A stretch of DNA of 63,575 nt, filler included, from 16 parts of 16 records of this genome joined end to end with filler, not necessarily neighbours in it; one strand, 5' to 3'. Shown: positions 10,994 through 23,955, counted from the whole stretch's first letter. Translations and numbers: made by a program. Notes: generated by a model from the letters alone, not told the origin.

Positions 10994-13821
10994 TTAGTCA
11001 ATACCAGCATCGCTACCATGGCTAGCGGCACTCAGGCGTGGGTGCCGAGGAGGATTCCGAAACTTATCTGCGGCGGCGATGTGGTGTACTCCTCTGGACC
11101 CGTGGCTTGCTAGTCTTCCAGTGTGAAAGTGTGTGGGGCCCACACCAGCAGTGCCAGCAACAACACCGGCGGCAGCGCCAGCAGCAGCACCCGCCACGAC
11201 ACCAACTACTCCGTCTGGAACTGTTTCTGCAGCTGAACCTTTGGCATCCCACCATTTTCCTGGATTCATGCTCAGGGTAGGCTGCTGCGCACCACTCGTT
11301 GGTACCGCCGTGTGCGCCGTGCTACCAGTCCGTGGCCGCAACTGTCCGACCGTCAGCGATATCGAACTCAACTCATGTACTTCTGTCCGCAGCATCGCAT
11401 TCTCCGCTTCGACCCCACGCAGCCGTGCTATCTCCTCCCACGACAGAATCACCTCCTTGTCGAAGCGTTTCGCTGCCTCGGCCATCTCGTGTCGGGCTGC
11501 CTCTGCCTCGCGCTTTGCCTCGGCTCGGCTAGTAGCATGCTTGGCAATTTGGTCTTCCAGAGATCGCTGCATCTGCATCGATTCGATCCTACAAGCCTCT
11601 CGAATCTCTTCTTGCTGCCTTGAGGTTTGTTCGCTCAGTGTTGACATTGCAGCCTCTGCTTCAGCAGCTCGTAGCCTCGCATCTTGAAGCGCCGCTTCAT
11701 TCGCGTCAACCAATTCACGCTGCCCTGCATCACGAGTGGCCTGCACTGCAACCACTTCCGCAGCACGTTGTTGCTTGATTTCGAGCTCGTATCGAGCCTG
11801 CTGCTCTTCTACAGTCGCGGTAAGAGCGCTGCGCTCTACCTGTGCCTTACGCTGTAGTTGTGCCACCAAGGCAACCGCAGTCCATTCATGCAAGCATTTG
11901 CCTACAGTTCGCAATATCTTGCGGCCACAACATCGTCTCGAAATGGCACATAGCCAAGTCCGGCGTCGCCAACACACCACGATCGCGCGCAAATTCCGCT
12001 GTGTATGCATTGTTAAGCAAGCCAGAGCACGCTGCTGTACCTTGCGTCGTCGTACGGCATAATAGCACCAGGCATCAAACGTTGCTCCCCCCCGCATTTG
12101 ATTCAAACGGCAAACAAGGGCTGACGCTAGTGATACCCGAAATTGTTGAGTCTGTGAGTAAGACGCCCATGAGCAAAACAGCCTGCGCATCTTGCGTTCG
12201 TCCACGCGGCGCAAACGCGTGGCAACGACCTGTCCAAACATGAGCTCAACGTTATGTTGCAGAGCCCCTTCTGATCCCTGCACAGCCGCCAGATCTGCTC
12301 GTAGGCTGACAGACTGTGCTCTCCAGGTCTCGACCTCACCCTCTAACCGTGTGCGCTCTGCTGCGATTGTCTGCAGAGCTGCACTAATCTTCTCAATTTC
12401 AGCATCTCGCCGCAGCATTTCAGCATCGTGCACATCTTGTTGTTCCTGTCTCGCTTGTCGCAAGTCCGCTTCCCGCTGGTTGGCTGCCTCCATCTGCTCC
12501 GCATGCTCCACTTTTATAGCCTCTAGCGCCTTTGCCTGTCGCGTGCTTGTCTGCTGCAAATCAAGAAGTCGAGCTTGCTGTTCGCCTAAGATACCTAGCG
12601 CTGCCCCAGCAGCTGCTTCTTGCTCATCTTCGGCACTACGATGTGCGCGCGTGGTCTCCGTCAGCCTTGCTTGCCACTTTTCCTCCACCTTCATGAGAGT
12701 GTCTGCATGGGTTGCCTTAAGCTCTTGCATTGCAGCTGCATTGGCAGCTACTAATTCACCAGTTTTTGCATTGTGTTGTGCTATTGTGGTCTGCAAAGAC
12801 CCTTCGTACTCCGATGCTTGCCTCAACTGCGCGTTTCGGTGCGTGGCCTTCAGATTATCGATTGCTGCTGCGTGCCGAGCGTCTACAGCAACCAAACTCT
12901 GGCTGTGCTGTCGCCGCAAGCTTTCCATTGCTGTAGCACGCTCCAGTTGTTCAGCTGACAATCCTGCCAACACACTTTTATGCTGCTCGGCTATGTGAGC
13001 AATATCAGCTTCATGCGCCGCGGTCAGCCTTGACGTTTCTGCGACGTGACTCTCTCGGAGCTCGCGCACTGTTTCTTTGTGCTCGGCCCGAGCAGCTTCC
13101 AGCAATGCAAGGCTCTGCGTGTGGGCTTCCGTCAGCCGTACACGCTCTGCATCACGGTCCGATTCAGCGTTTGCCAGTGCTGTGCGAAGCTGCTCCGCAG
13201 CGCGTTCGCCTGCTGCAAGGGATGCAGCGTGAGTAGCGGCAGCTGCTGAAAGTTTTTCGGTCCAGTCTGCTTCAACCCGGACACGGGCTGCCTCTTGCTC
13301 TGCAATCAGTCGCTCCCGTGCCGCCTCGTGCTCCGTGTGCTCACGCTCTCGGTCCGCTGCAGACTGCTGACGCACACGGGCAAGCTCGTCGTGTGCTGCG
13401 GCGACGATCCTAGCGTGCTCTGCCTTGGACGCCGCAAACGCGTCAGACTGAGCATTGATTTTGGCTTTGAGAGACCGTACAGCAGCTGCGTGATTCTCAG
13501 CGTCTCTTTCTTCCGCAGCGGCATGCTCGCGTCTGAGGTTCTGCAACGTCTGCTCGTGCTGGCGCCTCAACTCGACAATGTCTGCTTGCAGTGTCTCAGC
13601 ATCACCAACTCGTGTGTGCAGCTGCCCCAGCGTCGCCTGCATATCCACCTTATCTTTCAACAATCCGGCAACCTGCTGCGATAGGTTGCCGACTTCCTCT
13701 GTGCGATCTTGCAACGAGGCCTCCAGCTCCAGGACCCGTGCACGAGCGCCCCCTTCCAGCGCAGCCATATCCTGTTCGATGCTTTGAGCTCGGAGCTGCT
13801 CTACCTCCTCCTGCAGGGAAT
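10994..13821 (-). CDS. Long coiled-coil protein with Sfi1-like Trp repeats (5' partial)
   Basis: More than 900 aa of A/E/R/Q-rich heptads; spaced FCSWASY, FDAWCYY, VVCWRRR and LHEWTAV motifs resemble centrin-binding Sfi1 repeats. The C-terminal end may be spliced differently. Confidence 0.75.
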
Positions 13822-13994
13822 NNNNNNNNNNNNNNNNNNNNNNNNNNNNNNNNNNNNNNNNNNNNTTAATTAATTAANNNNNNNNNNNNNNNNNNNNNNN
13901 NNNNNNNNNNNNNNNNNNNNNGAGCGCCCCGCTCCAAACTGCCCTCTGGTGCCTGCACGCTTTCGCGCATGCTGTCCACCCGCTCACACGATCC

Positions 13995-14756
13995 GTGCGC
14001 GTGGGGTATCCGCTGCGGTGCAGCCCGGACGGCCCCGGTCTGGACCTCGACTGGCGCTGCACGCCCAGAGCGGGTGTCTTCATGCCGCCGCACGCGCGGC
14101 ACAACGGTTGGACGCCATACCACGTGGCCTGCGCGTACGGCGATCTGAGTAGCGGGAAAGTGGTGGAGATGATGATCGACGCCGGGTGCGACATGGATGC
14201 GCTGAACAAGCTCAACTACACCGGCTGGGACCTCGCCAAGATGAATGGCCAGCACCGGGTCCTCAAAATTCTGGAGCAGCGCGCGTCCGGCGGCACGATT
14301 GACCGGAACGGTGAGACGGCGGGTCGAAGCTTTGACCCGACAGCGCGGACAGGAAAGCTCTATGACCAGAAGCGATCGTGGTGCGTGACGAAAAAGTTTC
14401 GCGCGCCGCAAGCGGAGATGGCGTACTGGGGTTCCGCTTCGCCCTCGCCACTGCAGGAAGTCGAGACCCTGATCGCTGCTGTCGACAAGAAGCTGGACAA
14501 AATGCACCAGCTCGAGGCCAAGCTCTCGATCGGTGAGCAGCTCACGCCGATGGAGCAGCAGCAGGTAAAACCAACTCGCCCGGAGGTCCTGGCCACCTGG
14601 CCAGGCCACGACTACCACGGCAAATTCCTGGACAATCGCATCGACGAGCTCGAGACCGAGCTTGGGCGATTGCAAGGACAGGCGGATGAATTTGCAGACG
14701 ACGTGCTTCAGTCGCAAGCAGACGAGCTGGCCGACGAATTGAATGAAGAACTATAG
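13995..14756 (+). CDS. Ankyrin-repeat protein with C-terminal coiled coil (5' end uncertain or partial)
   Basis: NGWTPYHVACAYG...MMIDAGCDMDALNKLNYTGWDLAKMNGQHRVLKIL. Confidence 0.8.
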   Translation: MRVGYPLRCSPDGPGLDLDWRCTPRAGVFMPPHARHNGWTPYHVACAYGDLSSGKVVEMMIDAGCDMDALNKLNYTGWDLAKMNGQHRVLKILEQRASGGTIDRNGETAGRSFDPTARTGKLYDQKRSWCVTKKFRAPQAEMAYWGSASPSPLQEVETLIAAVDKKLDKMHQLEAKLSIGEQLTPMEQQQVKPTRPEVLATWPGHDYHGKFLDNRIDELETELGRLQGQADEFADDVLQSQADELADELNEEL

Positions 14757-15061
14757 ATAATGTCTCCTCCTAGATAATGTCTCCTCCCTCGGCTTTCCGA
14801 CCGTTTTCAGTGGCTGGCACGATCCAAGTGTCCACACAGGCAACGCAACTGATTTCATTTCTGAGCCGTCCATTGCGCCACGTCCTCACTCCATGCTGCT
14901 GTCGTCCTGCGCGACAAGATCCATCGGATTCTGCTGCTTCACCATTTCGTCAGAGTCGTCGTCATCTGCAGGACTCTTTTTCCCCATAAGCACAGCGACG
15001 TGATCTGTACAAGGCAGTAGGTGCAACAAATACACAGATCAGAAAACACGTCGTGGTGGTA

Positions 15062-17190
15062 TCACCGTCCTGGATCAGAATTCGTACCTGGTTTGCGAAT
15101 GTACCAGGATGCTGCGTTGTCGTCGACGTGTGTATCGCGCTGAAGCACAAGCTGCACAAACACACACACGCGATCACGCTCTGACTCAGCAAGTTGGTGG
15201 CACAGACATGCACAGCCTGCGCGCTCAAGCTCTTCACGGTTGCGTTGACTACCGCTGGACCGGTGATGCGTGGCTCACCTTCGACTCATCGTGCCGCAAG
15301 TAGTACTTTTCTTCTGAGCTGCCATCGTCACCCATCATGCGGCACGATATGGACGTGGCTTCCATGTCTTTGTTCAGTCCGCCTTCCAGCATAAACTCCA
15401 AGCCCTTCTCTGTATCAGTAGTCCTGTCGGTACCGCGCGTGTCTGGTTAGGATTGAGAAGCTGATAGAGAGCATACTGGTAGTTGGGGTGTGGACTCCTC
15501 CTAAAACGGCCATAGGCACTCACCACACCACCTGAATGCCGCGACCAACGGGCCCATTGAGGCCCCCCTTGAGCTCGTCAGGCAGAAGCCCGTCCGGCGA
15601 CTTGAGCCTTGCACAGCGGTCGGCTTCGACCCGAGCCGGCTCCGACAGCTTGACCTGCTCGCCCGGCGCAAGACAAAGGGTGTTGTTGCACAGACGGTAC
15701 CCTCTGCCCGCCGCCATGGCGGTGGTACTGTAAGCGCCTCCTGCTTTGCACTCGACAAACAGTGCGGTCTTGCTGCCGGGGGCCGTGACCGTCCCCTCCC
15801 AGTCCACCGGCCCCAATCGTAAACCAGTCGTCATGTTAATCTGGCTCGGGTTCGAGTCGGTAGCACAGATGAACTTGTCAGGAGCCGTTGTTGCTTCAAA
15901 AGCGATACCGCGCCGGATCTCACCTCCCATGACGTCAGGGTGCTCAGTTTTGTATAGGAAAGCGAACACTGCACCGCCGGTTACTGCCAGCAAGAGGATG
16001 AAGAGGAAGACCCATGTCCCAGTGCCGACCAGACACTTCTCCTCGCACTCGATGTTGTTGATTGGGCAGCCATTGTTTTGCGTCTCCGCATCGTCACAGT
16101 CTCCTAGCACCGTGTCCGCACCTTGTCGGACCGAGGATCCCGGCCTGCACTCCTCAATAACATATGTGCCTGTCAAGTACCCAGTATCGGCGGGCATTGT
16201 GCACTGGCTGATGATTGTATCAGCTCCCGCAGTCGTGGGCGTGCCAGGGTCACAGATAGTCGAAACCCACTCCGTGGGCAGCATGGTGCCTACTACCTCA
16301 GCTGGGTCTGTGCAGTCGCTCACAACCGACTGGACACCCACAGTATCGTGCGCACCGTTGACGCACGCCGCGGACACGTACTTGCCAGCAGGAGTCAACG
16401 CCTCGCAGTTGGCAAACTGAGTGTCCTGCGGAGCCCTTGTCTGACTGTCGAAGGCATGGACACAGTCATCCAACGAAGCGAGAATCGGGCTGTTCGCCGT
16501 GGGTCCAGTGACCGCGGTAACTGCATGAGCACCAGATACATGCGCCGAGGGCCGTCGCAGCTTGTCAGCACCTGACAGGAAAGAGCAGGTGTGTGCGTGG
16601 GGTGGGGTGGGGAGGAGCAGTGCGCTGCAAAGGCCGTTCGCGCACTGGGGAAGTTTGCCGTGCACTCCGCCGCACTACCGGAGAAGCAGGGGATGACAGT
16701 GATCTGCGTCGAGTTGGGCTGCGAGCAGTCGGTAAACTGCGTGTCGGTCCCCGGCGCATCCGGGCTGCCAGGGGTGCAGCGCGTCGAGATGAATTGCGTC
16801 GTGGACGGAGTCGAGCAATCTGTGAGCACCGTCTGTGCGGTCGTCGTCCCCGCACTCGCGCTACCGCACCCCGAGCTCACGTACTGTGGCGGGCTAAGCC
16901 ACGCGCCTGTGGCCGCGTCCTGCGGCCCGTCACACGCCGTGCACTGTTCCGCAAGCAACAAAATCTCGTTACGCAAACGGCTATCGTGACGCCGCACACG
17001 GCTGGCAAGATCGAGCGAGGCGACGAGAGCCACGATGGCTGGAAGGCGCCCACCTGCGGCACGCGGCTGACAGTCGGCTGGAAGCTGCCGGGCTCACAGG
17101 GGTAGCAACAGGCGGCCCCTGCGTCCATGCAGCCGGTGTCGTCCGCATCCCAGTCCTCATTGAAGTACTCTCCCGGGTTGCAGCCCACCT
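15062..17190 (-). CDS. Single-pass membrane protein: Cys-rich extracellular repeats, TM helix, cytosolic beta-trefoil-like tail (multi-exon, 5' partial)
   Basis: Repeated C-x2-G-x4-G-x-[DQ]-T-x4-C units across ORFs 16395-17033 and 15520-16665; CNPGEY/CEPGSFQP; TM WVFLFILLLAVTGGAVFAFLY; downstream exon LEFMLEGGLN...YYLRH. Last exon frame uncertain (stop at 15062 or 14962). Confidence 0.7.
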
Positions 17191-17262
17191 GCCCGCACAC
17201 GCCGCCAAAACAACACCCCGGGTGGGTGAGCGCCCCACGTGGTGCCAACCGCGCCTCATTTG

Positions 17263-17291
17263 GCACGCACGCACGCACGCACGCACGCACG
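17263..17291 (+). repeat. (GCAC)n microsatellite at contig end
   Basis: About seven tandem GCAC units. Confidence 0.9.
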
Positions 17292-17391
17292 NNNNNNNNN
17301 NNNNNNNNNNNNNNNNNNNNNNNNNNNNNNNNNNNTTAATTAATTAANNNNNNNNNNNNNNNNNNNNNNNNNNNNNNNNNNNNNNNNNNNN

Positions 17392-17413
17392 CGGGTAGAG
17401 GCGCCTCTACCCG
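17392..17413. repeat. Perfect 22-bp palindrome at contig start
   Basis: CGGGTAGAGGC-GCCTCTACCCG. Confidence 0.93.
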
Positions 17414-17928
17414 GGATCATATCGTCGTTTTTGGATGGTTTTGCTTCCTCGGCCCGTTATCCTTTCCGGAACCCGCCGGCGCTTGGCTGAGAGAAATCGA
17501 GTGACGAAACACGAATGTGTGGAATGTGTCTTCCGCTCTCGGTGCACCGGGCCCTGGACGCCCAGCATGCAGGCCTCCTGCATGCGCGCGCGCCAGCGCC
17601 GGCAACCCGCGCGCACGCGGCCTGGGCGGAATTTCTCATCGATCCGGTAGCGGCGACACCGCGGCACAGACCCAGGGCAACTTTCAGGACACACTGTTTG
17701 ACTGTACTCAATAGCTAGCGAGAGATCCATCTCTCGATCAGAGAGCTCTCGGCGCGGACTCTGGATTATGCTGATGTAAGACGAAGCGCGGGCGCCGCCG
17801 CGGCGGTTCGCCTCATCACCCCTGTACAGCCGTAGTGGTTCTAGTGGCTGGTGTGGCAGTGCCCGAGTGCTGCAGAACGTGGCGCGCTGCAACTTGTGAA
17901 CTTCGGCCCTGCGACTGTACTCTGCGCC

Positions 17929-18816
17929 ATGGCCGCGTCCGTCGTCACCGAGAACGACCGCACGGCGTACAGGGAAAGAGGGGTACGTGTGCACTACTCC
18001 TCGCGTCGCGTTCGGTGAACTGATGCCTACTGGCGTCGGATGAGCATTCGCGCTTTTCTGAACCCGCTGGCGTCGCAGTTCGCTGTGCTCTCGGGTGTAT
18101 TCGGCGACGACTTCGATGCGCTGGTCAAAGCCGCAGAAGACATCCCCAACCACCCGGATGCTTTCCACACCTACAAAGAGACGCTGAACGGCGAGGTCGT
18201 TCCGTCCCGCACCGAAGCTTTCGTCTGGGCTGGGGATCACGGCATGGAGAAGTACCTTGGCTCGGGTGGCCCGCTCTCGAAGGCTGTCGAGGCGCTGGTG
18301 GGCGAGGGACCGACGGTGCTGTACAAAGAGAAGCTCAACTACAAACTCGCAGGAGGTGGTGGCTACCGCGCACACCAGGATGGCTATACAGGCCTCGGCG
18401 TATCGAAGGAACCGTACGCATTCATGACGCAGGTGTGCATGATTGCGCTGGACGATTTCACGATGGAGAACGGGTGCCCAGAAGTTGCGCCGGCAACCTG
18501 GCGGAAGAAGGAGGGCTGGCTGCGTCCCTTGCCACCGGAAGAGGAACTCGGCCCGTGGGTGCCGGTGCTACTCAAGAAGGGCGACGTATTGATATATGAC
18601 AACTACATGCTTCATCGAAGCGGCACGAATGCGACAGACACCAACCGCCGCGCCCTCTTTGGAATATACAACGCAGAGAGCGATGGCGACTGGCACGATG
18701 CATACTACCAGAACGAGGCGAAGGGTCGGCGCGCCGAAGGCACCAAAAGCATTGGCGGGAAGGCGAACGGCTTTTTCACTGGAACGGGCGTGGTGATGGA
18801 GTCGGCCAAGCTGTAA
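17929..18816 (+). CDS. PhyH-family Fe(II)/2-oxoglutarate dioxygenase, PhnY-like
   Basis: Exon 1 17929-17982 (MAASVVTENDRTAYRERG) spliced via GT-AG intron 17983-18078 to FAVLSGVF; LYKEKLNYKLAGGGGYRAHQD, ALDDFTMENGC, KGDVLIYD...HRSGTN...RRA. Confidence 0.9.
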
Positions 18817-19228
18817 GCGTGTGTGGTGAGCGTGCGATGGTGAGTGGCGCGGAGTGCCGTGAATAAAAACGGCGAGAAGGATCTTGTTGCATTGCTCTCC
18901 GACTGCGAGCTTGGCTTATTAGGCAGGTTCCAGCGTCTAAGTCGAATCACGGCCACGGCCAAGGCGAAGCAGGAGATATCCAACAGGAAACACCGTCTAG
19001 CAATCGGTGAACTTTCGACCAACGCGAAGACGAACTCGCACGCCTGCAGGCGATACTTGGGCGCAGGTGTCGAGGCAGGATCGGACACAGGCGTCAGGGC
19101 AGGGTCGCACAGAGGTGTCAGCGCAGTGAAGGAGATCGATCACAAGCCAGAGCCGGTGCTGCCTAGTTAATTGGCTATACCGCTAGCCACATCGTGGTAG
19201 AAACATCTGGCAACGTATACCGTAGTGT

Positions 19229-21302
19229 TCATTTCTGCCACGAGGCTACCTCCTTCGTGAGCTGTGCAAGCAGACCGTCTCTCGTGGTCTTGTGATCGGG
19301 ATGGCCTGCAAGGTTCACATACTCATAGTCGTCGACGTTGTAGTGACTGGTGTCATTGCGGTGGTCGTATAATTCCTCTCCCACTGGCCCTGAAGCCAGG
19401 TCTGGGCCGGGTCCATTAGTCGCCGCCGTAATGTTCAGCCATTTGAACCAGCCTGTGTATCTCCAAGATGTGGTGCGTAACGAGTAACCCATGAAGCCGA
19501 AGTCTGCACGGGGCGTGCGTACACAAGCTGAAAAGTATTTCTGGGCAGTGGCCGGCTCGATGTATCGATTGCCTGAGATGCCTTGGCTGCTAACATGGCA
19601 GCGGGTCGTCTGCGATATGGCAAAGTCCTTGATGGGGACCTCAGGCGCTGAGAATGTAGGAACCAGCGAGTCACCTTCAACTCCTGACTGTGGTGGCGGC
19701 AATCCCGCCAGCTCGACCGTAGTTTTATAGATGTCGAGTAGCTCAACGGGCCCGCGGTACCTGGAACGACGCATAAGAAACTTATAAAAGAACGGGATAT
19801 GACATCATTCAGCAGCAATTACTAGGTATGCAAACTTACGTTTTGCCAACATAGGTGGTGGGCGAGATCACGGGCGTTCTACCACACAAGCCAGTACAAG
19901 TTTCTCAGGTTCAGCCTCTACGTTAAGCGCGCTGACGTTTCGTCATTTGGGCTCGGAAAAAAGTTCAAGGGCGGGTAGTCGCAAACCTGCTGCCCGGGTA
20001 CGTCGCGGCCGGTTTGATCATCATCGCCACTCGAAGTGAGTGTTCCCAAGCCGCCATCTTGCACCACGTGCCGTGTTCGCCAACGTTCTGCCCGTGGTCC
20101 GACCACAGCACTACTACCATCTCATCCCACGCTTTCTGCCCCAATGCTACAACAGCACCCATATTATTGTTAGTGATGGCATCCAGTTTCACGCCACGGA
20201 AAGCCACCGGGAGCGACAGGCGACGATACAGATGGCAGCCGGGCGTTTAATTTGTAGTGAAATGCGCACCACGGGCTGAATCGAGCAGTCGCCCAATCTC
20301 CGAGTCTGTGAAGGTTATGGTAGCAAAATACGCACGTGTGCCGATCGCCACCTCCTTCTCGCTCAGCTGCATGTTGGCCTCACTGTCGAGCTTCCAGTAA
20401 TTGCCGTAATTGCCGTTGAAGTACACAGGGTACTGCCACGCCATAGGCGCCAGAGGATCATGCGGAATTTCCGAATGGTTGGTGTGCTGAACGATGGCGG
20501 GGTAGTGATCGCCAAATTTGCCGGGGTAGCGCCAAGGCAGGTGCGGATCGCGGAACCCCGCAGCGACAAACCACGGTCGAGTCTGATTGGAGGCTGATGC
20601 CAGGGTCAGGCGCCCGATGGCGTCTGTAGCGATCGCAGTGTCTGCATAGTAGGTGTTGTTCTTCGCCCCGCCGCCAGAGTGCAAGTCTCCGTTGCACCAG
20701 GTGCAGCTGCCAGTGTACTCGCCTGGGTATGTCGGCCCGCCGCCGCGGCAGGTCGACGAGTTGTCGCAGCCGTTCTTCCCGTGGTCAGTAGGCGGCACTG
20801 ACCAGGAGAACGGATAGTCTCCGTTGATGGGCTGGCCTGAGCCTATGCGGTTGTAAGAGTGGAAGATTTTCCCCGCAGAAGTTGTGTAGTAGCCGTGCAG
20901 CTTGAAATGCTGCGGCAGCGTCACGTAGCTACTGTTGGTACCCTTGGGCCCACCCGGATGACGGTTATGAGGAGGCTGATCGAAGGTGGTTCGCAGGTCC
21001 ACATTGAAATTCCACACCTTGTTGGTGTCTGGGCGTCGGCCGGAGAGCAGCGAGTTCCTTGACGGGTTGCACCAGGGGAAGTTCGCGAAGGCGCGGTCAA
21101 ACATTAAAGACTCGCTCGCTAGCTTGTCCATGGCGGGCGTGTGCACAGGGGCGCCCATCGCGCCGATCGAGGGACGCATGTCGTCGATAGCAATGAAGAG
21201 CACATTCGGAGATCCAGGCGGCGCGGGAGGCGGCGGCAGCGGCGGCGACGCTCCTGCAGCCAGCGCTAGCGTGGAAACGAGAGCCCACACCGCCGGTACC
21301 AT
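19229..21302 (-). CDS. Secreted S1 sulfatase (iduronate-2-sulfatase/choline-sulfatase-like)
   Basis: Signal peptide; PNVLFIAIDDMRP, CNPSRNSLLSG, GKIFH, GFRDPHLP, WSDHG, VELLDIYKT, ELYDH; three GT-AG introns with a 39-nt micro-exon near 19840-19878. Confidence 0.93.
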
Positions 21303-21960
21303 TGTTCGACACCACTCGCTCTCGTGAGTACGTACGCGCGCGACCGACACGCTCGTGTCGCGTGTACACGGGGTACCTGCTGGTACTAGCTAGATCTAGT
21401 ACAGATTCGTATATGGGTACGCCAGCATGCGCCGCACCAGCGCACCTCGCTAGCTGCGTCGGTGGCGCGATGCGTGCACGTGGCGGGCGGCGCGCGGGGT
21501 GCGCGCGCGCGCCGGGCGCCGGGCGCGCCCGCCCGCCCGCGCCGCACCTGAATGCTGCACCTCTTGATTTCGTGGTCGCTGGTGGAATGATGCAACAGCC
21601 ACATCCGGTACTCTCTGCTGACGAGTGACGTGCTGAGTTCCGTACTGATCACCTCGAATCGCTGCTTGTTCTCGCGGACTGAAAAGCAAATTACCGTATT
21701 CATAATGTTGTTTTGCCTCTGCTGAGGATTGCATCCTGACCCAGCCTGTGNNNNNNNNNNNNNNNNNNNNNNNNNNNNNNNNNNNNNNNNNNNNTTAATT
21801 AATTAANNNNNNNNNNNNNNNNNNNNNNNNNNNNNNNNNNNNNNNNNNNNCCTCGAGTCGCTGCTTTTTCTTGCGCACTCCTCCTGAAATTTGTGTCATT
21901 TTCTGTTTTCACTCCGCGGAGTGTAGAATTCTGACACAGCCTGTTCACATCGACACATGC

Positions 21961-23955
21961 ATGGGAGAATCGCTCAGTGAGGAGTTCGTTCGCAACGGTC
22001 GGCCGGCGACGTGCTCCGTGCAGGCTGGGGGAGGGGGGCGCTGGGGGTGCTGTGCGGCGGGTGGCGGGTGGCGGGTGCGTGCCATGTTGTACGGGCCGGA
22101 TGGTTCGGTGCTGCCGGCGATGATACGGCTGCAGCGGAAGGAGGAGCTGTGCTGGGCGGTGATCAAGTTCGTGCCGTCCCCGACGGAGCTCGCTCCTGAC
22201 GGGGTCGTGTGGAACAGCCCGGGCAGATGCTACAGCGTCGAGTCGTTCGGCGAGAAGAAGGACGGCGGTATCGCCGATTGGTCTAGGTTCATGGCCAACT
22301 TTCCGGACGACGAATGTCGATTGGGGATATTCCGCTTTGACTTCCGTGCCGTGCGCAAATTCGTTCTGGTGAGCTGGTCGCCTCCATCGGCGAGGGCGGG
22401 GCACTGGGATGACACGAAGATCTGGGACATTCGCAAGCAGGTAAAGCCGCCAGGCAAGTCTGTCGTAGTTGTTTTTCTACTTATGGGATCTTTGTATTGA
22501 CAGGCCTTGGATAATGGCATCGACCCCATCCGGGTGGAGGAGGCAGAGAAAGGTCCAAATCCACGAGCAGCCCTGATCGCACTGCTTCTTGAGCTGACGG
22601 CGGAAGAGAAAGTCCGCACAATCTACAGTCGCGGGTTTATGACTCTCGCAGAATTTCTGGGCAAGCAGCCAAAAGTCAGGATTGCGGAGACCTGCACCGT
22701 GCGCTTACGTACTGATTGCGTGCTGTGCGTTCAAGAGGCCAAAGAGACGCTCGAGAATGAAGCGAAGGCAGCGGCAGCTGAGGTTGCCCGAGCAGAAGCC
22801 CACCTTGCGGCACGCAAGGCGCGCCAACTGGCAGGGGCTTACGCCACAGGGTTCTACTACAGGCGCATCACACACGAACGCAAGGTACGGGAAGCCAACG
22901 CGGCTGCTGCTGCGAAAAAAGAGAAAGAAGAGCGCGAGACTGAAGAGCAGCGAGAGCGTCAGCGCCTTGCTGATGAGGCGCGAAAGCGTCGTGAGTACGG
23001 GGCGAAGGCGGAGCGGGATCCTGTGTGGCGCGGGAGGCTGGCAGCAGCCAAGAAGGGTCAACGCGAAGACCTGACGCGGTGGTACCATGAGCATTCTTTG
23101 GTCGCGCCCTCGGATCCAGATATCATGCACAAAGGTGTGCGCCGCGCGCGTGTGCAGCAGGCCTCCTCGCTTGTGCGTGGCGAGGTGAGCGCTGAGCTGC
23201 GCGAGGCGGCACTCAAGCCCTACCAGAAACTCCTGGCCAAGGCCAAGTCTGCTCACTCTGCAGTCTATGACCCCCCGTCTACTGCGATTGACTGGAATGC
23301 ACAGCGCGAGGTTAAGTTTTCAGAGACTGGGCCTTTAGGATTGCGGCTGGAGGAGGATCGGTACGGGATCGTGACAGTTAGCGCTTTGCTGTCCGAGGAG
23401 CGATGGGAGCATGCTACTCAAACGATGCAGTACGACGACGGTATTGCCAAAGCAACTGGATTGATACGTGTCGGAGATCGTGTGGTAAAGGTGGCGGCTG
23501 GAGAACCTGGTGTGACGGCAGACAGCCAACTGATAGAGTTTGCGGGATACAAGGTCCGGCTAACGGTCATTCTAGGTGTACTGGCGCGGAAAATTCGGCC
23601 AATCACTTTCACCTTCGGGCCGCCTGTCTTCGGTGGCTATCCTTCCGAGGAAGAGGGGGGACTTCGCCCAGTCACACCGGTGGAATGGGGGGCACCACCA
23701 GCACCGTTGCCACCACGTCCTGGTGAGGTTGGGCAGGAGGCCCTGTCAGAAGGAAGAGGCAGAGGGCTCGCTGTGCCGGATGAGATCTCGGCAATTACAC
23801 CAGCCGAAAGCGAAGACGACTATCTAGGTGAGACGAGTGAAGACGAGAGTGGACTAGGGAAATCACTGGGAGTCCCTAAGGGTGCCCCTACAGCTGGTGT
23901 CGGCTCGACCTTGCCCCCGATAGGAATCAGGATGCCAATGGCACGTCTCAACTGA
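21961..23955 (+). CDS. ADF-H (cofilin-like) domain + coiled coil + PDZ domain protein
   Basis: WAVIKF...WSRFMANFPDDECRLGIFRF...KFVLVSWSPPSA; GT-AG intron 22441-22503; PDZ GPLGLRLE...GLIRVGDRVVKV...RPITFTF. Confidence 0.78.

Noticed and set aside
18844-19170. ORFs between the dioxygenase and sulfatase 3' ends
   Set aside because: No good start or motif on either strand; probably 3' UTR or intergenic.
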